Of a DNA stretch of 64,000 nt, positions 52,623 through 61,996 are shown piece after piece. The stretch spans positions 64,001-128,000 of the forward strand of contig JANPLN010000002.1 in NCBI GenBank assembly GCA_031426555.1. The letters run 5' to 3'. A program made the position numbers and the translations under genes. Source of the stretch: Bdellovibrionales bacterium. Lineage in GTDB: Bacteria > Bdellovibrionota > Bdellovibrionia > Bdellovibrionales > JAGQZY01. The notes beneath the pieces are model-generated. The model was not told the DNA's origin, searched no databases, and saw only the letters and a list, made by a program, of their open reading frames with translations. How positions within the stretch are numbered: the first letter of the stretch is position 1; every line of letters starts with the position of its first letter.

Positions 52623-53947
52623 TTTTAAGTTGTCTCCTTTTCATATTTTTTGCTTTTGCAAATCCAGATCTCCCCGGAGGAGAGCTGACTCATACAGATT
52701 TTTCCAGAAATGCGTTTAGTCACCCGGGTCCGAATGTGAAAGGCGAAACCAAACTTCAGTTTGGAGTAGGAAACTCTTTCTTTAAAATTGGCTGGCCTGA
52801 GGCTCCCGCGTCCACCTCCGATCGCGATGGCTTAGGGCCCACGTTCAATGCGATTTCATGCTCATCCTGCCACCAACTGGATGGACGTGGCGCGGGCTAC
52901 TATGCACCCACAAGTCACACAGAGTTTAATGTGAACGTGTCGTTGCTCTTTCGCTTAAGCAACGCCGAAAACTACGGGGAACAACTGAACCCGCTGGGTA
53001 TCAGCGGGATTCCCGGCGAAGCCCGACCGTCGGTGCTGCTCCGTTTAGTAGAGGGTAAATACGGTGATGGGAGTTCGTACAAACTTCGCATGCCTGAATT
53101 TCGTTTTACGGACTTTGCCTTTGGCGTGTTTACTGCCAACACGCGAATTTCGCCTCGTGTAGCTACACAAATGATCGGCCTTGGCCTGATTGAGGCCATC
53201 GAAGATGCAGATATTTTAAAAAAAGAAGACCCAAAAGATCAAGATGCCGACGGTATTTCGGGGCGAGCTAACTTCGTGCTCGATATTCAATCCAACCAAA
53301 CTCGACTGGGACGCTTTGGCTGGAAAGCCTCGCAACCAAGTCTGCGACAACAGAATGCGGCGGCCTTCGCTGGAGATCTCAGCCTCACCACCGCGCTATT
53401 TCCCACGGAAAATTGCCCCCCAGCGCAATTACTCTGTTTGCAGGCGCCTAATGGTGGAACTCCTGAAATTGCTGAAAACATTCTCGATCGTCTCACTCTA
53501 TACACACAAACACTAGGCGTTCCAGCACGACGAGATCTGACCAATCCTTCGGTGGTGCGGGGAGAAAACTTTTTTTTACAAATTCGCTGCGACAGCTGTC
53601 ACACGCCTTCTTTCAAAACGGGAGCTACGCACGAAGTTCCTTTTTTACAGAATCAAACGATCTACCCTTACTCCGACTTTTTACTACATGATATGGGGCC
53701 AGAGCTCGCGGACCACCGACCCGATGGTCTTGCCAACGGGCGCGAATGGCGGACGCCGCCTTTGTGGGGCATTGGTTTAATTCCCGTTGTAAACGATCAT
53801 CAGAATCTTCTCCACGATGCTCGAGCGCAAAATGTGGAAGAGGCGATTTTATGGCACGGAGGAGAAGCTGCGCCTGCCAGAGATGCCTTTAAGAATTTAA
53901 ATAAACAATCACGAATCGACGTTATCGCATTTATAAATAGCCTGTAG
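52619..53947 (+). CDS. Di-heme oxidoreductase (DHOR/DUF1111)
   Basis: DGLGP.FNAISCSSCH, GRFGWKA, CDSCH, WRTPPLWGIG, LHDARA. Confidence 0.9.
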   Translation: MILSCLLFIFFAFANPDLPGGELTHTDFSRNAFSHPGPNVKGETKLQFGVGNSFFKIGWPEAPASTSDRDGLGPTFNAISCSSCHQLDGRGAGYYAPTSHTEFNVNVSLLFRLSNAENYGEQLNPLGISGIPGEARPSVLLRLVEGKYGDGSSYKLRMPEFRFTDFAFGVFTANTRISPRVATQMIGLGLIEAIEDADILKKEDPKDQDADGISGRANFVLDIQSNQTRLGRFGWKASQPSLRQQNAAAFAGDLSLTTALFPTENCPPAQLLCLQAPNGGTPEIAENILDRLTLYTQTLGVPARRDLTNPSVVRGENFFLQIRCDSCHTPSFKTGATHEVPFLQNQTIYPYSDFLLHDMGPELADHRPDGLANGREWRTPPLWGIGLIPVVNDHQNLLHDARAQNVEEAILWHGGEAAPARDAFKNLNKQSRIDVIAFINSL

Positions 53948-53976
53948 AGAAAATGACGTAAACTCAAGGAACGCAC

Positions 53977-54594
53977 ATGAAAAATTTAATCACTGTGACC
54001 TTGTTATTTTTAGCCACGGTTTCCTATGCTCAATCCACGTCGCAGCTTTATGATGAGTTTTTGCAGCGCGAACAAATTAAGTTGTCCCAACCCGAGGGCA
54101 ACATCATGCAGTTTTTAAAAAGCGCCGTTCAATACGAAGTACGAAATATTTTGCAGCTCGAAGTTCTTGGCTCCACAACTACTTTTGTGATTCGCGACCG
54201 AAATGGCGATATTTGTTTTGGCGACGCCACACTTCAAGCCCTTCGTTGTAAAAATGAAATCGGTATCACTAGCTCCAACTATGACAACGAAGGTACAGCC
54301 ACGCTGCCCGACGTTGCGACAAACGAAGCTGCTCCGGCCCTCTACAACGACTATGTAAAACGGGATCAAATCAAGTTTTCGCTGCCAGAAATCGCGGCGA
54401 TTCAGTATTTAAAATCGTCAGTGGAGTATGAAGTGCGAAATGTGATTGAGCTCGAAATTTTAAACCCGCCAACGACATTTGTTTTTCGCGACCGCAGCGG
54501 CGATATCTGTTTTGGCGATATCTCAAAACGCCTGCTCCGTTGTAAAAACGAAATCGGCATCACCGGCGTTACTTACCAAGGAGACGGCGATTGA
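53977..54594 (+). CDS. Secreted protein made of two tandem homologous domains
   Basis: YEVRN...TFV.RDR.GDICFGD...LRCKNEIGIT occurs twice. Confidence 0.8.
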   Translation: MKNLITVTLLFLATVSYAQSTSQLYDEFLQREQIKLSQPEGNIMQFLKSAVQYEVRNILQLEVLGSTTTFVIRDRNGDICFGDATLQALRCKNEIGITSSNYDNEGTATLPDVATNEAAPALYNDYVKRDQIKFSLPEIAAIQYLKSSVEYEVRNVIELEILNPPTTFVFRDRSGDICFGDISKRLLRCKNEIGITGVTYQGDGD

Positions 54595-54605
54595 ACGCAG
54601 TCTCT

Positions 54606-54667
54606 GTCACGGCGACGGTTATTGAGCACCGTCGTTGACCAAAGTGACGGTGATTGAGCACCGTCAC
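54606..54667. repeat. Two tandem REP-like hairpins between convergent genes
   Basis: GACGGT(T/G)ATTGAGCACCGTC twice. Confidence 0.8.
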
Positions 54668-54675
54668 AGCACCTT

Positions 54676-55992
54676 TTATAGGACGTTGGCGGCGAGCTCT
54701 GCCAGTGGCGAACGTTCACCCTTGGTGAGCGAGCAATGGGCTGAAATATCGTAGCCTTTAAAACGCTCTACAGAATACGTCAAACCACTGGTTGCGCTAT
54801 CCACATAAGGATTGTCGATCTGATAACAGTCGCCAGTTAACACAACCTTGGTTCCCTGCCCTGCGCGAGTCACAATTGTTTTGATTTCGTGGGGAGTGAG
54901 GTTTTGCGATTCATCCACAATAAAGTACTGATTCGGAATGCTTCGTCCGCGAATATAAGTGAGAGGTTCAATGTTCAGCATGCCTTGATTGATCAGCTCT
55001 TGCGCGCGACCCGCAGCTTTTTTATCGGCGCCCATTAAAAACTCCACGTTATCAAAAATTGGCTGCATCCAAGGATTGAGCTTTTGCTCAATATCTCCCG
55101 GTAAAAAACCAATATCTTTTCCCATAGGAAAGATGGGACGACTGACGAGCAATCGTTGGAAGCGCCCTTCATCGAGCGACTTGTACAACCCTACGGCTAA
55201 CGCCAATAGTGTTTTTCCTGTTCCCGCTTTGCCAACCAAAGACACAAAAAGAATTTCGTCGTTCAATAACGCATCAATCGCAAACGACTGCTCCACGTTC
55301 CGCGGATGGATTCCCCAGATTCCTTCGCTCACAGTGAGTAGCGGCACCATTCCTTTTTTGCGAGAATCGTACCGACCAATGGCGCTGTGATTTGGATTCG
55401 AAGCATCTTTGGCGACGATGTACTGATTTGGTAAAACGCGCAAAGAGTCTGCGAGTGGTAAAATTTTGTGTTCGTAAAAATGATTGATTTGCTCAGCGTC
55501 CACGTCGAGTTCGATGTGACCGGTATACATTTCGTCGTTTGAAACGCGCTCAGGCTCGTAATCTTTGGCGTTGATACCAAAAACATCAGCCTTAATACGC
55601 AGATTGATGTCTTTTGTTACAAGCTCCACAGGCACTGCTGGATTTTCTTTTTGCATGGCAAAGGCTGTGATTAAAATGCGATTATCAGCTTTCGAAGCTT
55701 CGAGTTCGCTAGGTAAGCCGGTGGTGGTTTTATCTGGTTCAACAAAAATGCGAGTCTTTCCGTCTTCTAAAAGAACGCCTTTTACAAGAGCACCTTTAGA
55801 GCGGAGCACGTCGATAAATCGACTGAACTGGCGTGCGTTGCGTCCGTTTTCGCCAAGATCTCTCTTAAAGCGATCCACTTCTTCGATCACGGAAATTGGA
55901 ATATGCACATCTGCATTTTGAAATTTGCAAATGGCAAGTGCATCAAACAGAATGACGTTAGTATCTACAACAATTTTACGATTTTCAGCCAA
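54676..55992 (-). CDS. PIN-PhoH (PhoH2) protein
   Basis: VVDTNV PIN motif, DNRIL, TKDINLRIKA; GKAGTGKT, GFLPG, YIRGRS, DESQNLT. Confidence 0.93.
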   Translation of the reverse strand: MAENRKIVVDTNVILFDALAICKFQNADVHIPISVIEEVDRFKRDLGENGRNARQFSRFIDVLRSKGALVKGVLLEDGKTRIFVEPDKTTTGLPSELEASKADNRILITAFAMQKENPAVPVELVTKDINLRIKADVFGINAKDYEPERVSNDEMYTGHIELDVDAEQINHFYEHKILPLADSLRVLPNQYIVAKDASNPNHSAIGRYDSRKKGMVPLLTVSEGIWGIHPRNVEQSFAIDALLNDEILFVSLVGKAGTGKTLLALAVGLYKSLDEGRFQRLLVSRPIFPMGKDIGFLPGDIEQKLNPWMQPIFDNVEFLMGADKKAAGRAQELINQGMLNIEPLTYIRGRSIPNQYFIVDESQNLTPHEIKTIVTRAGQGTKVVLTGDCYQIDNPYVDSATSGLTYSVERFKGYDISAHCSLTKGERSPLAELAANVL

Positions 55993-56006
55993 GCGTGCCT
56001 CCCGAC

Positions 56007-56032
56007 AGTCTAAGACTCCTAAGTCTTAGACT
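56007..56032. promoter_or_regulatory. Palindrome next to the PIN-PhoH RBS
   Basis: AGTCTAAGACT-ccta-AGTCTTAGACT. Confidence 0.5.
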
Positions 56033-56093
56033 TTATTGGACTTCAACCCAACACGCTTGTAAACGAAACTTTATAATGTAGAGCGCAATAGAA

Positions 56094-56618
56094 TTAGTCT
56101 CCGAGGCCAGAGACTAACACATCACCGTGATCGGTTTTTAAATAGGCACTCACATTTTCGATAAATTTTGCGAAATGAAACAACGCAATTTCGTTGATGG
56201 TTTCTTTTTGAAAAGCGCCACCAAAACGATGCACACCCTCTTCATCGATGTAACGAGCATTGTTGATTTTTACGACAAATGGAAAATAGGTTTCGTGGTT
56301 GAGATACACTCTCAGCGCCACCATTTCGCCCACCTTAAATTGACCGTATTCCGAAGGCATTTCAAACGCCAAACCGTTTTCTGAGATGTCATAAAGTGCG
56401 CACTTCGTGAGGCCTTTGTTAGGGACAATCAAATGCAAGCCCACAAATTCCGTCAGAAGCGTTCTCTTTACCCCGCGGCGTTCTTCCGCGATGATCTCCT
56501 GGCGCATCTCTGTGATATCAGTGATCGACGCAGGATCCTGTGATATTTTGCTTTTATGCTTTTTATTCCTCTTGGTGCGATGCTTCTGTAAATCGATAAC
56601 ATTCCCGCTTGAGCTCAT
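56094..56618 (-). CDS. PilZ domain protein
   Basis: ERRGVKR and DISENG (RxxxR, DxSxxG); start refined after GGAGGGGG. Confidence 0.8.
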   Translation of the reverse strand: MSSSGNVIDLQKHRTKRNKKHKSKISQDPASITDITEMRQEIIAEERRGVKRTLLTEFVGLHLIVPNKGLTKCALYDISENGLAFEMPSEYGQFKVGEMVALRVYLNHETYFPFVVKINNARYIDEEGVHRFGGAFQKETINEIALFHFAKFIENVSAYLKTDHGDVLVSGLGD

Positions 56619-56640
56619 TCCCCCTCCATGTGTTATATAT

Positions 56641-56668
56641 ATATCGGCACAAAAGTGTCTCAACTTTA
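56641..56668 (-). promoter_or_regulatory. Sigma28 (FliA)-like promoter
   Basis: Minus strand TAAAG-N15-GCCGATAT. Confidence 0.7.
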
Positions 56669-56722
56669 AGCATTGTAGCCCTCCACGAAGGCTGCCATGA
56701 GAAATTGCGTAGGTCTTGAAAA

Positions 56723-57502
56723 GTGACGTTAAATCAGGGTGTTATCCTTAGTATCATGGTCCATGCCTTGCTGATCTTAAGTCTTAAGGTCGCATCCTTG
56801 AATCTGTTCGAAGAAAAGGAGCCACCAAAGCTGTATGTGGAATTTCGCGACGAACCCGAATCGCCGCTGATGGCGGAATCCTCGGAGCGCGTAAAAAAAC
56901 AAACCCGCACGCGCGACATCAACCCTTCTGCCATCAGTTCCATGCAGCAGCCCCAACAGCAGAGCAATCCCACGGCGCAAAAAAATAAAAGCGCAGAATC
57001 CTCTCTGGGTGAACAGTTGCGTTCCATCAATCCCTCGCCCGATGATTTATTTATTGCGCAGACCCAACCCACACTGAGCTCTGGAGTTCGTGAGCGCCTG
57101 CAAAGCTACCTTCCTCCGGAATTAGAAATTGGTGATATGGTTGCGTTGAACACCGACCAGAATATTTATTATTCGTTTTACCGTCGCATGGCCGAAAAAG
57201 TGGTGTGGCCCTGGGCGCAAAATGTGATCGGCGGTTTTGAGCGCCTGAAACGTCGAGGCGAGCTCGATGGAGTCAGTAAATCGTGGGTGACCATCATCGA
57301 AGTTTTACTGGACAAAAATGGTGCGGTGATTGCTGTGGAACCTCTCCAGTTGGCTGGCGACTCCGACATGGACGCTGCCCCCATAAGGGCTTTTAAATCC
57401 GCAAAAAATTTCCCTAATCCCCCCACCGAAATGATCGACGAAGACGGCTATATCCGCATTCGCTATCGATTTATCGTCCACTACAATCCTTCTCGACAAT
57501 AG
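56723..57502 (+). CDS. TonB/TolA C-terminal domain protein
   Basis: SIMVHA TM motif; LNT...YYSFY.R; D.A..RAF..A..FPNPP. Confidence 0.8.
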   Translation: MTLNQGVILSIMVHALLILSLKVASLNLFEEKEPPKLYVEFRDEPESPLMAESSERVKKQTRTRDINPSAISSMQQPQQQSNPTAQKNKSAESSLGEQLRSINPSPDDLFIAQTQPTLSSGVRERLQSYLPPELEIGDMVALNTDQNIYYSFYRRMAEKVVWPWAQNVIGGFERLKRRGELDGVSKSWVTIIEVLLDKNGAVIAVEPLQLAGDSDMDAAPIRAFKSAKNFPNPPTEMIDEDGYIRIRYRFIVHYNPSRQ

Positions 57503-57549
57503 ACCCGCTGGACTATACGGCCCCCGCTTCCGCTTGATAAAATCTTAGA

Positions 57550-58140
57550 ATGCGTTGGTGGATGTTATTATTGTGGCTACCGTCTATTGGATGGGCTCAA
57601 TACAATGAATATTATGAAGTTGGGCTTTCGGGTAACTACCGTAAAACATATCTCACTGAATTAGGAACAACCGAGCGGGCCTATGACGAAAACGCCGCTT
57701 ACACGGCTTCGTTTGCCTATTACTTTCGCGAAATGACAGCCATCGAGTTTAGTTATAGCCAAGGAAAGAACACGCGCTTTATTCCTTCGAGCACCATCAC
57801 TTCCACAACAACTCATCGTTACAGTTTATTTGGCGTCGATTTGGTATTTACCTTTGGAAAACGCAGCGATACGTTTATTCCGTATATTAAAGCCGGTGTT
57901 GCTTATTTTGACAAAAAATCCATCGACTACGAGTATGTGAACAATGGTGTTCCCGAAGCACCACAAACAGTTGAAATCAACTCCACTGTGGTACCCAGTG
58001 CCGGTTTTGGAATGCAGTTTCGTCTTACTCAAAGACTTTCGTTTAAGGCAGGGCTTGAGTTTTGGACAAGTGGCGCGATTAACAAAGACGTCAAAGACTT
58101 TGATTGGGCAGCTCGAATGGGTATTTCTTGGTTTCTTTAA
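57550..58140 (+). CDS. Outer membrane beta-barrel protein
   Basis: Signal peptide; PYIKAGVAY, GFGMQFRL, terminal GISWFL. Confidence 0.8.
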   Translation: MRWWMLLLWLPSIGWAQYNEYYEVGLSGNYRKTYLTELGTTERAYDENAAYTASFAYYFREMTAIEFSYSQGKNTRFIPSSTITSTTTHRYSLFGVDLVFTFGKRSDTFIPYIKAGVAYFDKKSIDYEYVNNGVPEAPQTVEINSTVVPSAGFGMQFRLTQRLSFKAGLEFWTSGAINKDVKDFDWAARMGISWFL

Positions 58141-59189
58141 AGTCCATTCTTTTATGGCTGGCTTGCAGCTTGACCCTCTGCTCTTGCCAGGTGGGTTACC
58201 TTTTAAACAATGCCTACCATCAAGGGCGAATTTTAAAACGCGCCGTCGCCATTGACGATGTTTTGCAAAACGAATCCGTAAACGCAGACGTTAAAAAAAA
58301 ACTGATCTTGGCGCAAGAGGCGAAAAAATTTGCGGAAGACTTTCTAAAGCTTAAAAAAACAAAAAACTACAGCACCTACGTTCAATTGGATGGCCCCTAC
58401 GTAACCTACGTGGTGAGCGCCGCCCCCAAAAACGAACTCACCTACTACACATGGTGGTTTCCCATTGTGGGAAGCGTGCCGTACAAAGGATACTTTAAAC
58501 CCGAGCCGGCCAATGACCTTGCAAGGGAGCTGCAGGCAGAAAATTTCGACACCTATGTGCGCGGGGTTTCGGCCTTTAGCACCCTCGGCTGGTTTCGCGA
58601 TCCCGTTCTGTCTTCCATGGTCAATTATCAGGATATCGACTTAGTAAATACAATTATCCACGAAACGGTGCACGCCACTCTTTATATTTCTGGAAATGCA
58701 AATTTTAACGAGCGGTTGGCAACCTACTTGGGCGACCTGGGCACTCGGCTGTTTTACCAACAAAAAGGCGAAGAGCTTTATAGGCAAGTCGCGCAAACCA
58801 TTCAAGACGATGAATTCGACCAGAAGTTATTTACTGAATTTATCTCCGAGGAAATTAAAAAGCTGGAGGAGTGGTACAAAGATCACAAAAATGATTCCGA
58901 TTTGCTGGCTTCGCGCGAAGTGCAGTTTAGCGGAATTAAACAAAACTTTGTAAAAGCGGTAAAAGCCTCACTCAAGACGAAGCGCTATGCGAATTTCGAT
59001 AAAACCGAAATAAACAACGCTCGCCTTTTGGGATTTAAACTATATCTAAATGATTTATCAGATTTTCAGAAGCTGTATGAGCATTTTAAATCCGATTTTT
59101 CAAAGATTCTGGAGTACTGTAAATCCCTTGAAGGTGAAAAAGATCCCGAGGTCAGTTTGAAGAAGTTTGTGAGTCAGAAAACTCTCTAA
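58104..59189 (+). CDS. Putative zinc aminopeptidase lipoprotein (start uncertain)
   Basis: LCSC lipobox; WWFPIVGSVPYKGYF, AFSTLGWF.DP, HETVH, FNE. Confidence 0.85.
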   Translation: MGSSNGYFLVSLKSILLWLACSLTLCSCQVGYLLNNAYHQGRILKRAVAIDDVLQNESVNADVKKKLILAQEAKKFAEDFLKLKKTKNYSTYVQLDGPYVTYVVSAAPKNELTYYTWWFPIVGSVPYKGYFKPEPANDLARELQAENFDTYVRGVSAFSTLGWFRDPVLSSMVNYQDIDLVNTIIHETVHATLYISGNANFNERLATYLGDLGTRLFYQQKGEELYRQVAQTIQDDEFDQKLFTEFISEEIKKLEEWYKDHKNDSDLLASREVQFSGIKQNFVKAVKASLKTKRYANFDKTEINNARLLGFKLYLNDLSDFQKLYEHFKSDFSKILEYCKSLEGEKDPEVSLKKFVSQKTL

Positions 59190-59208
59190 AACTCTATTCA
59201 CACGAAGG

Positions 59209-59817
59209 TTAGTTTCCTTCTGCATTCCCAGGAGCTGTCCGCCCTGAAGGTGACGATTGCGGCTGAGCGAGCTCTCTTCGCTTCAGAGCTTGTGCCAAAT
59301 CTTGCTGACTAATGAGACCTCCACACTGTGCGGGCATGACTTGCTTTGGATCTTGATTACGAGCAAGCACTTGATCTGCTACTATTTTTTGCAAGAAAGT
59401 TATTGTCGCAGTATCGTTAGTAACGTCTCGACAGTATGGCTTATTGTAGCTCGCCACCCAACTATTACTTTCGCGAAACGGCGTGGCCTTCCCTCTCTCG
59501 TAGCTGTACCACATACGACCTGCGCTATCTTCCGCACGAAAATAGTTGATTCCACTTAAATTCCATTCCATTGGGCAAACACGCACTTGATTTCTTTCGA
59601 TAAGCAATACACCAGATCGAATATCGTCGGAGTAAATGCCCCCTCCCCAGCCTTCTTTAAACATATGCATAATCGTAGTACGTTCAGGCACTTCAAAAGT
59701 AAAATCCTGCATCGTTGGTAGAAGTTGCCTTACACATTTCAAGGCATTGCCTTGATTAAGGGTTACAACTGCGTAAGATTGCTGAGCTAATAGAGTGATA
59801 AAAATGAAAGTTTTCAT
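59209..59817 (-). CDS. Secreted hypothetical protein
   Basis: Signal peptide; ATGA overlap with the ECF sigma stop. Confidence 0.7.
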   Translation of the reverse strand: MKTFIFITLLAQQSYAVVTLNQGNALKCVRQLLPTMQDFTFEVPERTTIMHMFKEGWGGGIYSDDIRSGVLLIERNQVRVCPMEWNLSGINYFRAEDSAGRMWYSYERGKATPFRESNSWVASYNKPYCRDVTNDTATITFLQKIVADQVLARNQDPKQVMPAQCGGLISQQDLAQALKRRELAQPQSSPSGRTAPGNAEGN

Positions 59818-60374
59818 ACCACCTTTTTCGGCATTTCAGCGGTGGAACTTAATTTGAACTGCTCCTTCAGCTTGAGCATGGCATGGCGGTAGTTGGCCTT
59901 TGCCGTGTCGTAAGGGCAATTCATGATGGATGACACTTCCTTAAAACTTAAGTCCTGAAACACCCGAAGCTCCAAGGTTCGTTTTTGCTTGTCTGGCAGC
60001 GCCTCCACAAACAATCGCAGCTGTTGGAGCATTTCGTCTCTCACCATGTTTGTCTCTATCAAACATGCCTGGAATAGAACCACGTCTTCAATGTTTTCCG
60101 TTTCGCGGAGTGCCCGTAATTTGTTGCGAGCCGTATTGAGTGCGATCTTGTACAACCAGTTTTTAAATGAGCACTTAAACTGAAACTGCGACAGGCTCAA
60201 GTAGGTCTTTAAAAAAGCCTCTTGCATGATATCTCGAGCCAACTCCTCATCCCTCACAAACTTTAAAAGCAAGCGAAGCAAGAGTTTTTCGTATTTTCTA
60301 ACCAATACGGCGTAGGCGGCACGGTTGCCATTTTGAATTTCGTAAACCAAATCCTTATCCTGAACTGAGATCAT
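59814..60374 (-). CDS. ECF sigma-70 factor
   Basis: ARDIMQEAFLK, F..WLYKIALN.ARN, LSFKEVS.IM. Confidence 0.9.
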   Translation of the reverse strand: MISVQDKDLVYEIQNGNRAAYAVLVRKYEKLLLRLLLKFVRDEELARDIMQEAFLKTYLSLSQFQFKCSFKNWLYKIALNTARNKLRALRETENIEDVVLFQACLIETNMVRDEMLQQLRLFVEALPDKQKRTLELRVFQDLSFKEVSSIMNCPYDTAKANYRHAMLKLKEQFKLSSTAEMPKKVV

Positions 60375-60611
60375 ATTCCCCCTCTTCCCAGAACAAAATT
60401 TAAAATCGCGGCTGTGATTGGATTTTGGTTACGGTCGCCAGTATTTGATGACAGAGGCTGTAAAAAGATAAATCTTCATCGACCCTCTTTCTGGGAGATT
60501 CTCCCTGCCACAGACAATAGTTGGCACCCCATCGAAAGTCGAGGCACAGTTTTTTATAAACCCCATAAGAAAAAGCGAGACGTGGGTTTCTTTTTTCGTT
60601 AAACTTCTAAT

Positions 60612-61085
60612 ATGACTACAGCTTTTTCAACATCAATTGGTACATCACAAAACGGTTCAAAAATTGTTCTCTCTGGCTATCTCAACGAGGTTGCCACTCT
60701 TCCAGCTATGAAAAAGGAACAAAACTTAACCATCGATCTGGACGCCATTGTTGGCCTCAACTCCATCGGCACCCGCAAATGGTGCCAGTGGATCGCCGAC
60801 TGCTCCAATCTTTACGAAAAAATCACTCTGGAAAACTGCCCTGTGATTTTTGTAAAAACATTCAATCAGATTACGGATTCCCTCACTGATAAGTGCTCGG
60901 TGAGTTCCGTTAAAATTCCGTTTTATTCGGATGCCATCGACGAGCGCAAAATGGTGGTTCTGCACCTCGGAAAAGACTATTCGTTTGATGGTCTCTTTCA
61001 AGTTCCACAAATTAAGGACTCTACCGGCAATTTGATGGAGATCGACATCATTACGGAAAACTTCTTCAACTTTATGAAAAAATGA
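60612..61085 (+). CDS. STAS-like (anti-anti-sigma-like) protein
   Basis: LSGYLNE, IDLDAI..LNSIGTRKW, ENCP..FV. Confidence 0.6.
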   Translation: MTTAFSTSIGTSQNGSKIVLSGYLNEVATLPAMKKEQNLTIDLDAIVGLNSIGTRKWCQWIADCSNLYEKITLENCPVIFVKTFNQITDSLTDKCSVSSVKIPFYSDAIDERKMVVLHLGKDYSFDGLFQVPQIKDSTGNLMEIDIITENFFNFMKK

Positions 61086-61969
61086 CGCCACTTTTATCGC
61101 GCTACCCTGATTTTTTGACCAAAGAATCTCTCGCTAAGGTTGCGCCGATTTTAAAAGACATCAGCGTTTTGCACTACCCTTCTGAGCGCACGCATATTCA
61201 AAATCTACATGATCCTAAAAAGGTGATCATCGTTATCGAAAAGGCCACCATCAAAGAGGTTTTGGGCTTGGCTGAGCGCGGTTACATGCAGTTTGTAAAC
61301 AAGAATCGCGATGACTTTTCGCAAGAACTTTTGTTTTCGGCTCTGATGATAGCAAAACCCAGTTCCTTTGCCGGCCCCTCGCCAATGTTTTTGGCAAATT
61401 TTAGCCCCAACACAGGCCCCAACGAAGAAAACCATGTCTCGATTCCGTATACTTCGAATTACGAAAAGCAGGCAATTTTAGAAAAATTGAACTTCTTCCT
61501 CATGCAAGACAACAAGCTCATCAGTCTCAAAGAGCTTTGCATTCAAGTGGCAGACGAAATGTACATGAATTCGATCTTTAGCGCTCCAGTGGATGAAACC
61601 GGCAAACATCTCTTTCAAAATTTACGCCGCGACCAGAACATCTCTTTTCCCGCTGGCAAAGCTGCAAAAATCTTTTCGTGTTATTCCAGTTCGCGCGTGA
61701 TTATTGGCTGCACAGATCCCTATGGCTCTCTGCGCATCCAAACTTTGGTGAGCTATTTGAACGCCGTCTTTTTAAATGATCAGGCAAAGATCAAGGGCGA
61801 AGCCGCCGGTGGTGCAGGCGTTGGGCTGAAATACATGGTCGAAAACGCATCGCTGTTCTACTCGTTTATTAAGCCGGGCGAATTTAGTTTTGTAGCCTGT
61901 GGGTTTTTACTCAAAGGCATGAAAGCCAATCTCAACGAAAACAAGAACTTCCACTTCATCCAGCTGTAA
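61082..61969 (+). CDS. Hypothetical protein with an anti-sigma/HATPase-like C-terminus
   Basis: VADEMYMNSIF (N box), DPYGSL (G1), GGAGVGL (G2); ATGA overlap with the upstream gene. Confidence 0.55.
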   Translation: MTPLLSRYPDFLTKESLAKVAPILKDISVLHYPSERTHIQNLHDPKKVIIVIEKATIKEVLGLAERGYMQFVNKNRDDFSQELLFSALMIAKPSSFAGPSPMFLANFSPNTGPNEENHVSIPYTSNYEKQAILEKLNFFLMQDNKLISLKELCIQVADEMYMNSIFSAPVDETGKHLFQNLRRDQNISFPAGKAAKIFSCYSSSRVIIGCTDPYGSLRIQTLVSYLNAVFLNDQAKIKGEAAGGAGVGLKYMVENASLFYSFIKPGEFSFVACGFLLKGMKANLNENKNFHFIQL

Positions 61970-61972
61970 CCC

Positions 61973-61993
61973 AAAAGGTACCAAGTACCTTTT
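61973..61993. repeat. Single REP palindrome / bidirectional terminator
   Basis: AAAAGGTAC-CAA-GTACCTTTT between convergent genes. Confidence 0.85.
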
Positions 61994-61996
61994 TGA

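Noticed and set aside
60520..60560. TTGGCAC and AGGCAC as sigma54 promoters
   Set aside because: No GC at the -12 position with 10-nt spacing.
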